A DNA stretch of 64,000 nucleotides from Psammoneis japonica. Its lineage: Eukaryota. The stretch spans positions 248,001-312,000 of the forward strand of contig QPGO01000048.1 in the NCBI GenBank assembly GCA_008632985.1, given 5' to 3'. The translations under genes were made by a program, and so were the position numbers. The notes beneath the pieces are model-generated. The model had not been told where the DNA came from, ran no database searches, and was given only the letters and a program-made list of their open reading frames with translations. This document shows positions 1-16,516 of the stretch, in pieces (the first letter of the stretch is position 1; each line of letters begins with the position of its first letter).

Positions 1-2193
1 TGCGATCCAACGGGAGTTGCTCTAACCGATTGAGCATGCCGATAATGTACGACTCGTAAATCTCCATTTCTTCTTCTTCCTGAGCGCCAGCTGAGACTGC
101 TTGCCCCACAGAACCATCTTCCTCATCCATTGCACTGCCCAGTTCGTGCTTAGAATACCAATGATCCCTCGATCCAAGTGCGTAATGAACAGTACCAACC
201 AACGCAGAATCCGTAGCTTTGATCACACGGTTGCTCACCCAGTAGTTCATCCGCCGTTGGATGATGTGCTCGGCAATGCCGGTTTCATTGGAAAGCTCTT
301 GCGAAGTCCATTCATCCTTGTCTTCGAAATGGGAAATAAGAGTCGCCAAGAGCGGTGAGCACGAGAATTCTCGCGTTTCTACCACGGAACGTCCATCGGG
401 TCCTTCCTCGACGACGTCGAGTTCCAATTGGACCGAACCCAACTGATTGAGCCAAACCAGCTTTCTTGGACTCTTAAGTTTCCCATACTCAAGACCAAAC
501 TGATCCAATCCACTTTGAATCCGTGGGTGATGCTTGAGTTGCTCCTTCTGAAGCGCTGGCCAGAAAATATGGGAAATGATGATCGAATCCACCGGGAGCT
601 CCTTGTCTGACTTCTGCTTTGCTTTGAGAGTGGAACGTATGTTGGAAACGATTCGTTTGGAGTCATCCGTATCCTTGATCATGATTTCACATTGGCGCAT
701 ACTCATTTCACCAAATCGTAGCTTCAGCAGTTCCAATGTGTGAACCTCTCTATCCGTGTCGAAATCAAGGTTGGCTATGAGCTTATCGGCCAGCATCAGC
801 CGATACTCATTTACGAACAGCTCCTTGCTTCCGTAAATGCTTACTAACATTGAGAGAATATCACCTCCACCTCCATGAGAACAGCGAGAATCACCCCTAT
901 GTTTTAACAAGGAAGGAGCAGGCTTCCAATCAAAGGGAGGCGGTTCTCCCTCATCATCGGAATCCAACTCTACTTGTTCCAAGGGACGAGCATCCTGCCG
1001 CCGAAGTTCGTCGTAAAGAGTATCCCCAGCCTCTTCGTCCGTCAGGCTTGTGATGATACATCGAACTGTGTCACTGCGACCGCGTAGATATGATCGAACG
1101 GGTTGCGCCACCTTTTCAAGCAAGCGATCGGAGGGATCGATCTCACGCAGAACCTTTATTGTGTTGATATACACATCAATAATCTGTGACGTGTTGGCTC
1201 CGGGATGTAGTAAACGACGCATTAGGCTGTCTCGGAGGGCGTTACCCAATTGCTCATTCATTCTCGTTCTTTCCATCACTCGCCCAAGTTCCGTAATTGC
1301 ATTCACGGAATTGGGATAGTCAACCACGATATTAAAAATTTCTTCAATTCTCACGAGACAGAAGCATTCTGCGACACGATAGTCCAGCTGATCATGCCAA
1401 TTGTCTACTTTGTACGCATCAATTCCAACCAAGTCCTGCACCCATGGATCCTTTGCAACGAACACACACAAATTGAGGTCGAGCGAGTGTGGGTGAGTGT
1501 GTTGAAAAAGCTGCTATTTGGGGCATACTCTTTGGACTTACCACGACTTCATTCTTCCATTCCTCGACTGAAGCATACAACGAATCATCTTCGAATTCAC
1601 CTTGAATCTTTCCCCTCACATGCGATAGAATGGCTTCGTGCAAGGTCTCAAACAGAGGGCGAAGAAGCTTTCCGTCCTGTCCCATCCAGCCCAGAGTACG
1701 TAGACTCTGGTAAACCGAGTCCTCGTCGTCCAGCGGTTCTTCTTCCCTCTCTTCCTCCATTTCTTCATCGCTGTCATCAAACTTTGTCTGACGAGTTCGA
1801 AGCGTTGCACGAAAAAGAGGTCTGAAAGAATTTACAAAGCCTGGTGGAGCTGCTAAGAAAACTGCAGCGCTAATGGCTAAACGACGAGACTCGTCCGTTG
1901 AATATTCCGCAACACCAGTGCCATCCGCATTCTAGAGAAAACAAAACAATGGTTTAGAGCAGCATCAGTCACCCCGCAGCAACGTTGTCTTTAAATTTCA
2001 ATCTCACCCATTGCGACAGCACGGTGCAAAGGCGATTGAGGCGACGGGGGAGGCTCGTCTCGTTTTGTTGTTCAAAGAATTCTTTTGCAGCCAACGTGGG
2101 TGGGCGAGGCTTATCGGTGTGTAGCCTTCGATAAGCAGCAACATAAGCCTCTCGTTGGGCGGGAGGATACGCTGCGAAGGCAGCATCCATCAT
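1..2193 (-). CDS. APC2: Anaphase-promoting complex subunit 2 (cullin-homology), multi-exon, 3' end outside window
   Basis: Manual minus-strand translation around 650-850 gives LVSIYGSKELFVNEYRLMLADKL...LELLKLRFGE...CEIMIKD, and around 1150-1230 RRLLHPGANTSQIIDVYI; both are APC2 motifs. Exon boundaries approximate. Confidence 0.85.
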
Positions 2194-2379
2194 CGTGAAG
2201 CTATCAGCGGAAAGTCGTTAGTACTTACTGTATACGGTAGTACCGATGTTTTGCTGGATCGTATGATATATTTTTATTCAGTGACGAAGACATCGAAATT
2301 AATGCAAAAACACATACCCCTAAACCTGAAAACAGAATGGATTCGCTCGAGCTGCAACTTGCGACCGGCCGTACCGGTA

Positions 2380-2700
2380 GACTACCGGTAGCTCTACCGG
2401 TACTCTCTCTAGAGACTCTACCGGTAGAGTAGAGCTAGCTAGAGTAGAGCTCCACAAGAGAGAATAGCTACTAGCTAGAGGCTACTCTACTACTAGTAGT
2501 AACGCTCTAGTCCTAGTAGCTACTCTAGAGTAGATCTAGCTACTACTGTAGCTAGAGTAGAGGGCCCTCTACTAGCCCTAGAGTCCGTCCTCAACACTCA
2601 ACAGGCTCTGGCCGGCTAGTAGCTACAGTGCCCTCTGCTCTCTTTACTCTACTAGAATAGATAGAGAGCAGCGGTGACAATGCTAAGGTACCGGTACGAT
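2380..2700. repeat. TpA-rich low-complexity intergenic spacer (CTAG/GTAG/TACCGGTA)
   Basis: Dense ctag, tagag, ctac and taccggta words; similar tracts near 6.2-6.5, 9.7, 16.4, 17.0, 59.6 and 60.7 kb. Confidence 0.75.
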
Positions 2701-2903
2701 AGGAGATTGCAGTGCACGTTTGATTTCAAATGAGACTTCAGACAACAGACACTTCCGAGTACATGTAGTTTGAAGTATTTTCACAGGCGAGAGCTCCGCA
2801 CTTCGACAGTTGCAATTGACATTTTAGCTAGCTGTCCTACTATCACAGAGGGTGAACATCCAATTGAGAACGGCAGTACACGCAATCGTCGTTAGCGCCG
2901 TAC

Positions 2904-4460
2904 TTACGTTGCAGCCCCTGCATTGCTATCGTCGAGGAGCCCGACCGCAACATCAACAAATACATCTACTTTCTCTTCAAAAGGATCATGTCCTTGTCCA
3001 TCCAGTTCTACAAATATCACCTGCGAGTATGGTCTCAGGAAGGCGCGAAGCTGTTGCAGGTTGATAACTCTGTCTTTGGCGCCACCAATTACGACTACTC
3101 GCGTCTTTTCACGAGCCATCACCTTTTCGAAAAGTTCAGCGTCAGAAACATCGGATGGCACAGTAATCGCCGCGCTGGTGAAGGACAAGAGCCCTTTCTC
3201 CCATCCTTTCCCGATGGACGGCCACTGGAACCTGAGGACGTCGCTATCAGAAACGGCGTTTGCATCACCCCAACACGACCGCAATCCCCGTCTCCAGAAA
3301 TTTCTTGCCGCAACAATCCTTTTGAGTAAGTAAGCCGCAAGGGGGGTCACAAAAAAGTTTCTGATTCGACGTAATGTCGAAGGAAACCATTGTGGGATGA
3401 TATTTTTGTCCAAAGAGCTTTTAGGTGACTGGCGTACTCCAAGAGCAGGCGATACCAGCATTATGAAGGCCGAAGTATCTTTCGGAAGAGCCAGAGCCAT
3501 TCGTAAAGTGGCTAGTGCTCCCATGCTATGTCCAAAAAGTGCTACCGCACCGGGATCGTTCGAAGGATCCTTCCCTGCTTTCTTTAGCTCTTTCATCAAG
3601 AGCTGAGTGCCAATCTCGGCCGATGATTTGCTTGTATACCCCTTCAATCGCTTTGGCCTTTCGGTGAAGCCAAATCCAGGTGCATCGTGACCTAATCCTA
3701 CCCGAGCTCCGACTCTGTTCACCAGAGACGGTAACGCGGGCAGCCACGACAGAGAAGATGCCCCAAAACCGTGGTTCACGTACAGAGCGTCAAACCGCGG
3801 CTTGGAAGCTTGCTCGGAACCTGCCTCGTACCGCAAGAAATGTGCTCCCAATTCAAGCTGTTCCTCTAGACCCAGAGGGAGGGATACGGATTCGTATCGA
3901 GACAATGAAGAAGGGAGAAAGTAATTTTGCAATAGTTCTGACGTAGATATACGAGAAGGGGGGAGGAACAAGTCTTGAACTGCGGCGCTAAGAGCTAGAC
4001 CGAAACCTAATGCCTGAACAAGGTCAGAGGAGTGAGAAAATAACATCCCTTCTTGGTTGCTACCAACGAAAGTTCATCTTACCTTTACTAAGAAAAGTAA
4101 AAAATTCTTGCAATCCTTTGTGCGGATGCCCGATTGGAGTGCGACGAGTGGAGTCAGCCAGGTAAGGCGACGCCAGGTCGTGATCGCTGATACTATCACA
4201 GATACGGCCGCAATAGCAACTTTCGCTAGAATTGGGAAAGGCCGATAGGTTGGAGACACGTCACTGGGAAACTTGTAGAGATTCGGTTCATCTTTGCATG
4301 GTACAGGAATGCGCCTTTGTTTCTTTGCCGAAGCGGCCTCACGATGCATCTCGCCCTCAGGAACTGCAGAGAAGGGTGTAGGTTCAGCCTGACAGGCAAC
4401 CTTGCCACTGCTAGGTACCATCGGTGTCGTCGCTACAAGATACCTCGTCAGAAACGCCAT
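2904..4460 (-). CDS. Alpha/beta-hydrolase fold protein (at least one intron near 4.0-4.08 kb; start uncertain)
   Basis: HGFG oxyanion motif, DAPGFG, GHSMG nucleophile elbow, G.KDRVI and GHDPFEE catalytic Asp/His. Confidence 0.8.
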
Positions 4461-5146
4461 TGTCGGCGTTCGCTTGCCGCACTGCTGCATCAATGGCCGC
4501 TGCAGAGAAAAAGCCTGCAAAGTCTGAATGAGCCGCGTCCCGATTGGTGCCGCTGCTTGGTCCGAATGAACAATATTCGCACATGAAGGGGAATACAAAC
4601 CACAAGACTCAGGTAGGTAACACGGCCTCTCTCTAGAGTTAGCTGAGAAAGAAGGCAGGATTGTTACGTGGAACAACCCTATCACTGCTGTAACGGTATC
4701 GGTAGGTACTTCGTGGTTTTGTGGTGTAGGGCCTAGCCATTGCATACATCAATCCTTGCATTACCATACTGGTAGCACTGCAAAAATACAGTATGAATAC
4801 AGTAATGCGTCACATGCCATCCGCTTGGACTCGTGACTCATCCACTGGGACTCGTGACCCAAAGCTAGAGATATGTACCGTAGAGCACTGGAATACCGTC
4901 GTTCGAGCACAACTACGATATTTTCGGCAGCTTCGAAAGATGCTACGTTCAAGGCGTTGCATACTATGGTAAAAGCCAGTAAAAAGGAAATAGTAACCCC
5001 ATTGGTAATTCCTCTTAAGATCTTACCAGTTAGCTACATCAGGGAATCAGCGTCTCAACCAGACGAAGACCACACCAAGAGGCTGTTGTCAAAGGTCCAA
5101 GAATTGAAACGTACACCAATGTCCATATGCTACCAGAGATTGCTAT

Positions 5147-6075
<929 letters not shown>

Positions 6076-6555
6076 TGTCCTTGTTTCTCTTTTGACGGTG
6101 TTCGATGCAGAACTAACTCGTCCTTTGTGTGAGAAGAAGTGACAAATAATGAAGTGCTTCGCGATTTCTCACCGCGCGTTTCCAACGCATTCACTGAACT
6201 CGCTCGTGTGTCCGATACCATACCGGTAGGCGTAGGCACGCAGGTACAGTAGGGCCCTACAGGTAGAAGTAGGTAGAGAATGTACTGTACCGTACAGGCG
6301 ATGTTTATATAATGATTTGAAAATATTTCCAGAAATATATATCTGAAAATATGGTTTTCATATTTTACTATTCAAGTTTATCCAGTCCTGAACAGTGGAT
6401 GAAAATTCATCCGTTGAGCACTCACAAAAGATCCAAACTCACAACATTCCAGTGCGTGCAAGCGCAGTGCGTGGCAGCACTACTGTACGGTACTGATGCG
6501 GGCCTCTACTAGAAGTAGAGGGACGACATGAACTAACCAATAATCAACTTGTTCT

Positions 6556-9444
6556 TCACGTCCACGGCAACATGAACGATGCCAACCTTGTCGATGCACT
6601 GAGAACCAGAAAAATAGCAGCAAACACAAAGCGTGGCGCAAAAATGGCCCAAACCATAAGGTGGCGCCTCATCAAAGATACCGAAATGCATGCCGAAAAC
6701 GTCTCCAGTAATTGGAAGAAATAGAACCAATCCCACAGTGCCGGTCTGCTACATGAAGCAGACGTCGCAAGTACCATAACTGAAACCACCACCTCCCATC
6801 CAAACGTGTTCAAGAACAAAGACGCGCCACCAGTTCCAAAATAGAACTCGGATGTCGCAACGAAGGCAGCAGAGTACTGGAGCTTGTTGAACGCACATGC
6901 ATGTCCAGTAGCAAAAAATGTATGACGCATGGTAAGCCTCCACAATGCTGCCGAGACGGGGTCCGACACCCGTAGTTCTTCTACAGTGCTTGCTAGTTGG
7001 TACAAAGCCTGGGTTGCGACGAGGAATACCAAACATGAAGATGCGGTCGAAGGGCCCGTGACTGTCGTGATCAACAGCAACAACTTGAAGCATAGAGAGA
7101 TAACAAGACCCTTCGTTCGTGCTTGTTTGTCGAGTCGACGTCCTTGCTTGTCCTTTGATAACAAGCTTTCTAAAAGCAAAAGGCAAATACCCAACACAAG
7201 CAAAGAGATCGCTGCTCGACAAGATAGGTATCCGTTTCGAGAACGATCCTGAGATCTCTTGTCGCACCAACTTATGGCTAGACAAGCAATAGTCATCACG
7301 TCAAGCAGCGTATGGTTTAAGGAAGCTGTCACATTCTGTTGAAACACCTGTAGTCGAACAAAAGCCAATAATGCCAAGGAGAAGAGAAAAACAGCCGAAT
7401 GGTGGCTCGCATATAACCGGATTGATGGATCCGCTCCATGACCAGCTATCAGTTGTTCGTTGATTTTTAAGCACACTGGTATGATGAGAGGAAACCAGTA
7501 TTTGCTGAAAACAGAAAACATTCCCAGCGGCTTCGACTTTGCATAATTGGTATCTTTCGTAGAACCTTCAGATGCAAGAGCGTATCGACGACACGAGAGC
7601 GAGATGCATATAGTTCCCACACCGAAGTCGATGATGTACTGCTCTGTCTCAATGTAGCTGTTACTGAATGTCAGAATAACACACTGAAACACCATCAAAG
7701 TCAATGTTATTGCCAATTCCAAATATTTCGTCTGTTTCATTCGTGACCAATCAAAATGCGATGAACCCCGATTTACAGATGGGATTGACAGAATGACTGC
7801 TAGGAACAGAATGAACCCACCCGAAATCATGCCCATGGTATCAAAACGAGTCCAAACTCGTTTCCCTACTTCTGTTGCCTCTGCTAAGAAAAGTTTGAAT
7901 TTGCCGGAAGCTTCTCGGTACGCTATCGAATCTTGTCCGTCTTTTCGTGATAGCGCAACTTTGTACACGGACACGGCATCCTGTAGTCGGTCTTGTAGCT
8001 CATCTAATGAAGGCAGTGGATTAGCAGTCTGTGAATACACATTGAAGTATCTCCACACTTGTGCAGCATTCAAGGCCAAAATCGCTGTCACTGACGGTGC
8101 TTGGAACTCGAAACCTTTGCGAGGTGGTATTAAACTCGGAACAAGGCCGCCGAGGTTGGCGTATGGTATTGGAAGTCCAAGGAGAATCGAAATTGTTGGG
8201 ACCAAGTCAATTTGGTGTATTGTCTGGAATGCCTTTTCAGAATGTAGACCAACTTCAAACCCAGTGATATCCTAATAAGGGCAACGAAATATCACTTGCA
8301 TCAGGACAGAAGAGAACGCGATCACAAAGATAACGACTCATAGATAGATCGCACTCACCTGAGCGAATGTCATATCCCCACAATTCGGGGAAAAGTGAGC
8401 AAAGAGGGCGGCATTGATCTCATCCTCTGTCCCACCACCATGGTTTCCATCTTCGGTCATGCCATGATCTCCTAATATCATAGCAACTAGACATTGTGAT
8501 GAACCGTCATCGTCAATTCTATCCAAGACATTGGTGAGAGCCATATCAATCTGTCGCAATTTGAGGTCCATATGCTCATTGTGAGGACCGTAAGTATGGC
8601 CGACGTGATCAACTCCCAGAAAATGTGCTACAACGACTTCAAAACCTTGGAATTCCCTGGGATCTTGATCGTTTCGATGAAGCGAGTTTAAAAGTCGGGG
8701 TAGATGTTGCAGACATCCATTGTCCACCGTGTCCAAGTCACGAGTATTGAAACTTGGGAAAGGGTGACAGTCATCAAATTGGGATGGAAATAGATCATGC
8801 CATGTGTCATCTCCGACAAATGCCAACTTGGTGCTATTCAATCCTCGGCGGGATGCCGGCGTAGTTTTCAGCTGTTGCACCCAGCTGTCCTCGTCAATGT
8901 CAGCGCCTCCAAACGAGCCACTTATATCAGCAAAAGTAGGCAATCCACCGGTTGTCAGTCCCTTGAGACGTTGCATCGTAACTGTGGGAGGATCGGCAAC
9001 AAACTTTAGCAGTTGCGATCTACCGCGGGATGTAGAGTCGCCTAACCTCGCTCCAAGCGATTGTGGAAGGTGGTATTGCGCAAAATCAAAACGAAGTGCA
9101 TCGACAACAATGATCACCAAATTATCGACACGACGATCCGTCCAGCAGCCTTGGCTGCCCTCAGTAACACTTGACAGTATTCCATCCTCTTGCAGGTACC
9201 TTATCTCGCTGTCCGTTAGCTGGAGCCATTCTCGAAATAGATTCGAAGCAGTATCCTTCTCGCACATTGAAATATGCGGCATGCTTCGTTTGGCAAGGAA
9301 AAAAGATGTGGAAAAACGATATAATCCAATGAGCGCTATGACAGGACCCAAGATTGGCGAACGAAACATGAAATCACGACGCGATTGCCTGTTGAACCGC
9401 CGATGGTGTGTTGCGACGCTGTTTCGGTCTTCGGTCGCCATCAT
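6556..9444 (-). CDS. PIGO: GPI ethanolamine phosphate transferase 3 (PIG-O/GPI13), intron at about 8273-8358
   Basis: VDALRFDF, ADPPTVTMQRLKGLTTGGLPTF, HFLGVDHVGH, GDHGMT..GNHGG and C-terminal RRHLMVWAIFAPRF. Confidence 0.9.
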
Positions 9445-9808
9445 GAAATAAGTGCAGTGTGCTCAGGGTCTCAAACTGGCCGTCTCGTTGTTATGACCTA
9501 ATTGATAATGAATCGCCGATGGTTGGAACAACGCTGTGTCGACATGGTGTTCAGTGTGCTTTCAGCTTTATGCGCGCCGCAGTCGAGGCTCGCGGCGCGG
9601 CGCGGGGTGTGGGTCGTGGTTCGTGGTCGCGGCTTTTGAAGTAAGTACTCGTAAACATGGAATAACGAAATGGCAGGGTCTTAAATGCCGCACTCCCTCT
9701 GCTAAGCTATGTAGAATAGGCCTACAGCTACTGCCTATAGAGAGCTAAAGCTACAGTAGAATAGAGAGCGCGAAAGTGCCGGGTAGAATCTTATTGCTTC
9801 AGACAATT

Positions 9809-12800
9809 TCAAACCACTACCTGCGTCCCTAGCAAACTAAGGAGTAGTCCAGGATTGCAATCCAAAAACTGCACCAAGCTTGATCGAGGAAAGACGATCA
9901 CTGCGCACCCGCCATTGCCTGCGACCACGTTTGAGGTATGACAATGGTCTGCCAGCGCTTTCTTCGTTGTCCTTTCATATCTGCCCTCTCGGCGGCTTTG
10001 TTGGTTAATATGCGCCAATGAGCCACTCACCATTCGAGACGTATCGGACAGGAAGTGTCCTCTGCTAAATATGAGCCCCAATGTGAAAGCCCGTCTGGAA
10101 TACAACCGAGAAAGTACGTTGTTCGCGAATCGATCCCGAGCATTTCTCATGTGCTGTTCCTTTGGAAGAAGAGAATGTGTTTGCTCGTAAATGTCCAATT
10201 CCATTTCCTCAACGCGGAGCTGTAGTCCAACTTCTAGTCTGGCATATTCACTACTTGGAGGTACGTTAAATAGAGGCCTGTCCTCCTGTATTCGAGACAC
10301 GGCGCCGCGGTCAACTTTTGCGTCCAACTCAGCCTAGAGTAGAAACGTTAGCACAGCGATGAAAGAGAGGGGAAATGTAAGCGTGATACACAAGATCACA
10401 CGTCAGAACGTGGTCACTCATACCTGGGAGATGAATCCCGTGGTTGCTCGTCGATGTAATACTGGCTCCTTCCTCACAGAAAAGGTTGCGGTACCGGTAA
10501 CAATAAGGAAGGCGAAGCCAACGGGTTCGCCAGCCTGCCAAAGGTGCTGCCCGGCTTCAAAAAATCGCGGTCCTTCAGCAAGCGACTCAAGTAATCGCCT
10601 CTGCGACGCACTTAATTTCCCAAGTACTGAATTACATTTTGCCACTTCCAGTACGCTATCGTAAGCGTTCCAATGGCTAGGTAACTTCTCCTCACTAGAG
10701 TATCCCAGAACATTAGCAGTTTGGTAATCCAAATCTGAATTCGAGGAATCATGGTTTTTCATAAGGTGGTCCTTCATTGCCGCTTCCTCTTCCGCCTGTT
10801 TGTCCTTCAGAGCTAAATACTTCCGAAAAAGCTTAGATCCGTTCTTAAGAATCTTGTGCAGATCGACCATGTTGAGCAAAATCACCTTCGACGAGGACAA
10901 TGCCATCGGATGAAACTTTAGTAACGCAATGCTTATTCAGTACATATTCGTATCGCGTCACGTACCTTGACCCCATTGTCAGACAAAGCTACCACATTTT
11001 GTGTGGGACCGGTACTCGTAACTTCTGATGATCGTTCTTCGTCCGGCTGCAGAGAAACGGGTCCCGTCCAGTCACCAGCATGCCATATTGTCGGATTAAC
11101 GCGACGCATCACCACATCCAAGGCCTCTTCCTTGAGCGTCTCCTCGTTAATACCAATCAGGGCTTCAAAACTACTTTGTGCTCCGTCGAGTCCAGCAGTG
11201 ACTTCTTCGCGGGAACCATCGCGGCTCGTATCTTCAAGTTCGACGCATGTTCCTTCCCAGATAACGCATAGTACATGTGGCCTTCGATCAGCTGGGACGA
11301 CCACCTCACCTCTACAAAACATTTCAATATGAGCTATTTCTAAGACTTCCATCGTACTTGAGAATGAAAGGCTGTACCCAGGGACGAAAGCATAAGAAGA
11401 AATTGCGCCTAACTTTGCGGCTGCTAGCAATGAAAATGAACTCAAATAGACTTACCTGGACAAAAAAGGAACAGCAGAAAGTAGGTTCAGGATGAACCAT
11501 GCGTCCGAGACACAGGCAGGGCGGCTGAAAACGAGCGGAGGTAACTTGGAAACTTGATGCGTGTCATTGTCTTTCCGGTTCGACACATGTGGTAGGATGT
11601 GGCACAAAAAATCGCCATTGACAGTAAGATTTGGGTAACCACCATCGTCCAAACTAGCCTCATCTATCTGACTCCGATCCTGTATTTCTTTCCTAGCTTG
11701 AATCGTGTCCAATATGCCATCTCCTCGGGCTCCGCTAGGTGTGTTCGTAGTGACTTTTGTTGGAAATTCGTCGATTCGTATGGTACCATCTGTTCCAGTC
11801 GGCGCAACTCGTAGTCGGCATTCGTCTGGTAGCGCGGAAGTGTGAACTACATAAAGACGCTTCCTCACAGCATCCGGAAGAGCTTCCAAAACATCGAGAG
11901 GTGTATGAATAGGAGGAGCGCCAGCTTCATGAAGGAGCACATCGCAGTCTTGCATTGGGAACTTTCTGAGGTCGTCTGCACGTTCCTTTGCTAATACGTT
12001 CTTTCATGATATGGAGCAACCGTGTCAGCAAGAACCGCTGAACACATTTCGAGTAAAGATACTGCAGCAAAGACTTACCTTTCTTTCCATGGAGTCAATT
12101 ACAGCAGGATTGTTGAGGTGGTCGCCCGTAAACACCATTGACCTTCCTCTCCATATAACCTTAAATCCAATGCATGGAATAGTGTGGAGCGTGTACGTGA
12201 AGTGAAACACAGCACCCTGAAACCTCAGAGGCTGCCCAACAATCGCTGGACGATGGCGATGACTGCGACACAACAGTTTCGGGTTCAGCCCCGATAGAGC
12301 TGCATACTTGCGGATGAAGCTTTTGTAGATAGTCGGCGTCGTGATTATTGCAACCCTCAAGCCTGTCATTACCTTTTGGAACGTACCTGCATCATGGTCA
12401 GCATGACAATGCGTTATGATTATGGCAACGATCATATTAGGCCTGATTCCGTCTCGCTCAAGAGCTGCCGAAGAATATGGCGGCGGATCTATCATGATTC
12501 CACGCCCGTTTATCCACAAGACGTATCCGGACACCGATCCGTTCTTATCAAATCCGTGAGAGTTTCCAAGCACCGTGACGCCAAAGGAAGGTGGGTAGAA
12601 TGTACTTGGGACGCTCAGTGGCGGAATGTCTATCCCGTTGGGACGAAGAGATTTTTCTTTGTGTTCGTTCTCAATCGAGGCATCGCAGGTGGTATCAACA
12701 TTTTCTGAAGACTGTTCGTATGGATGATGAAAGCCTTCAACAGTGATCTCATCGGGGACACGAACCGTGCCAGAAAATCGAGCCTTGCCGATAATTGTAT

Positions 12801-14405
12801 TGTTTTCGTCTATGTCATGGACGATGTATTCGGTACCACCTGACATTTTGAATATCTCTATTCTCGCTGTTTCGTTTTTCTCCATTTTGTCGGCAGGTGT
12901 GCTTGGAGGGTAAACGGTAGCAACTTCCCCTGAAAAAGAGATAAACGAGCAGTGTGAACAGCATGTTACATCACGTGAAGACACATCGTCAAGAATGGTG
13001 ACAAAGAGTTACTCCGACGTACCCAACCACTTTGCCTGAGAATATAACCACCTGTTGAGGTTGGGATCATCTTCCTCGTCACTTTCAAGCATAAAAGAAG
13101 CACCATCCGCCCATGACATTCCATCACGGCTCCTGATTCCCCGACTGAAGAATGATGACGCTGTTTCCATGCTGCCCTTTCTGGACATTTCCTTCTGATT
13201 GAGAATCAATGATGACTCAGGATCGTAACTATCGGTAGAAAATTGGGCGGTTGAGTCGAGAGAAAGACGTTTAAGGTTTGGGTCCGACCGAACACGTCTA
13301 AGAGACTGCGACGAAGACTCTTCGTCTAAGTCCGAGTCTACGCCATCCTCTTCTTTAACACAGTCCAAGCTTCCGTCGCTTCCACTATCCATGCGTTGAT
13401 GGTCTACTACCGGAGATCCTCGAGTCCGCCTAAACGCGCCGTCTTTGGCGTGAGTCAGAATTGGTCGTCGAGAAGACCCTTCGTCACTGTCATCATGAAG
13501 GAGCGGCGGAACTCCCAGTTTATCGTGCCCAAATCGGTTTCGATTTCGTGACTGCTCAGGCCCTTGAAAATGACAAAAGTTAAGAAGCATGTCCAAAGTT
13601 AGCTCTCGGAAGTCGCTCGCTTCTTCAGCGGTCCGAAAGTGATAGAACTCTTTGTAGAAATTTGGCCGCGAAATCTTTGGAAAAGACGGGTCAAAATCTT
13701 CGTCTTCATTAGGCTTTTGCGTGTGCTTATTCCGAAACTTTGCAGGACCCAGCAAAGTTTCCTCAAAAACCTTTCTTACACTGCTTTCAGCATCGAGTGA
13801 ATCTACCACTAGAGTGCATTGTTTGCGGCGAATAAAGTAATTGAAGTATGAAGGAAACTCGAATTCGGCAAGATTTATGCCAAGTGCCGGCCCCAGTTCT
13901 CTACAAAAGCGTTCCGTTGGCAAAATATATATGGTTGGCACCTCCAGCCCCATCTGCATACTGTCCTTGATCGTCTCTGGTGGCACCCCAAACTATCAGA
14001 ATTGTGTTGTTTCGAATAAGGTGTGAGAAAGAGCATTTGAGATCTCAACACGGAGAAAGGACTACAACGTACCTGTACTCGACCAACGGCCTTTGTGAAA
14101 AAGCTCAAACCTCCCCTAGGTAGCCGATCCATCTCAAGCAACGGAACAGATGCATATCCGGCGACGATGTCAGGATCATCGTAAATCCTCGGTGGTGGCC
14201 GACGCCTCTTGCGAACTTGTGTACGTGTAGTCGGTTGTGTCCTCACAGCTGATGACCGTGGCAAGTTGTCAGAGTCACAGCGGCTACTTTGATCCCCCTC
14301 ATCGGACAAAGGGTGTTGATGAGAAACACTTCCAATTTGACGAGCCTTCCTACTATCTTCCCTCCGCCTCGAAATCGATAGGTCGAACGAAATAGAACGC
14401 CTCAT
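9809..14405 (-). CDS. Metallo-beta-lactamase plus cyclic-nucleotide-binding domain protein (PdeD/PdeE-like cyclic nucleotide phosphodiesterase), multi-exon
   Basis: GMPPETIKD, LGNSHGFD, THCHADHDAG (HxHxDH), HTIPCIGF, HEAG..PIHT, followed by cNMP-like segments (FCRGEVV; FEAGQHLWQAGEP). Confidence 0.75.
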
Positions 14406-15001
14406 CGCCTTCCCACTCTTTACGGGATCACTTGTACCGATGACGAGTACAGTAGAGCACAGCTTTGATGATAATGGAACTGTCTTCAACTATTGCCGTC
14501 GCCCAACGACGATCTCGCATGCTTCTGCTGTGTTGCGTGTTGCTTTGCTCGATCGCTCATGGTCCCTTTCCAGTCATCCTTCCGTCATTTCGGAAAGGTT
14601 GGGGCTAACAGAAAATGTCTGAGAGCTAAATATATAATTCGGGAATTAATATAGTCTATAGATTCGGTCATTATTTGTATATATAAGTGCTCCAGAGATT
14701 TATTGGACATTTCAGTGTCGCTTATTCATTCAGGGTCATCATGAAAGTATCAACATGTAGAACAATATGAGAGTAACAGGTAAGCAGGACAGTGCATCCG
14801 TAGACGTTGGATGCCAGTTGCAATTCGAAGAAAGATCGCCGATCGCCGCCCCGCCGCAAACTTGAAAACCGCAAAGCAACCCGAAAACAAAAAAAGAGAA
14901 GAGCAGCAAGTAACAAGTAACCTTACAGCATTCATACGACGTAGCAAACAGCACGTATCGATAACGCAAAGGCTGAACGTAATTCATCACGGCACACAAC
15001 A

Positions 15002-16288
<1,287 letters not shown>

Positions 16289-16475
16289 TAGAGATTACTG
16301 TACCGTAGAGTTGCCAATCATCGATCTTATTAGAGAAAAGCCCATTCTTGTATTTCGGATCTGATTCCACCTTCAGGTTTGAAGTCCTCTGCTTTTGAAA
16401 TACAGTAAGAAAAGCTAGAGCTACCCTAGCTACTAGTAGTCTAGCTACCTCTACTCCACTACTAGCTAGCTAGAG

Positions 16476-16478
<3 letters not shown>

Positions 16479-16512
<34 letters not shown>
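16479..16512. repeat. (CT)n microsatellite
   Basis: Uninterrupted ct run inside a TpA-rich spacer. Confidence 0.95.
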
Positions 16513-16516
<4 letters not shown>

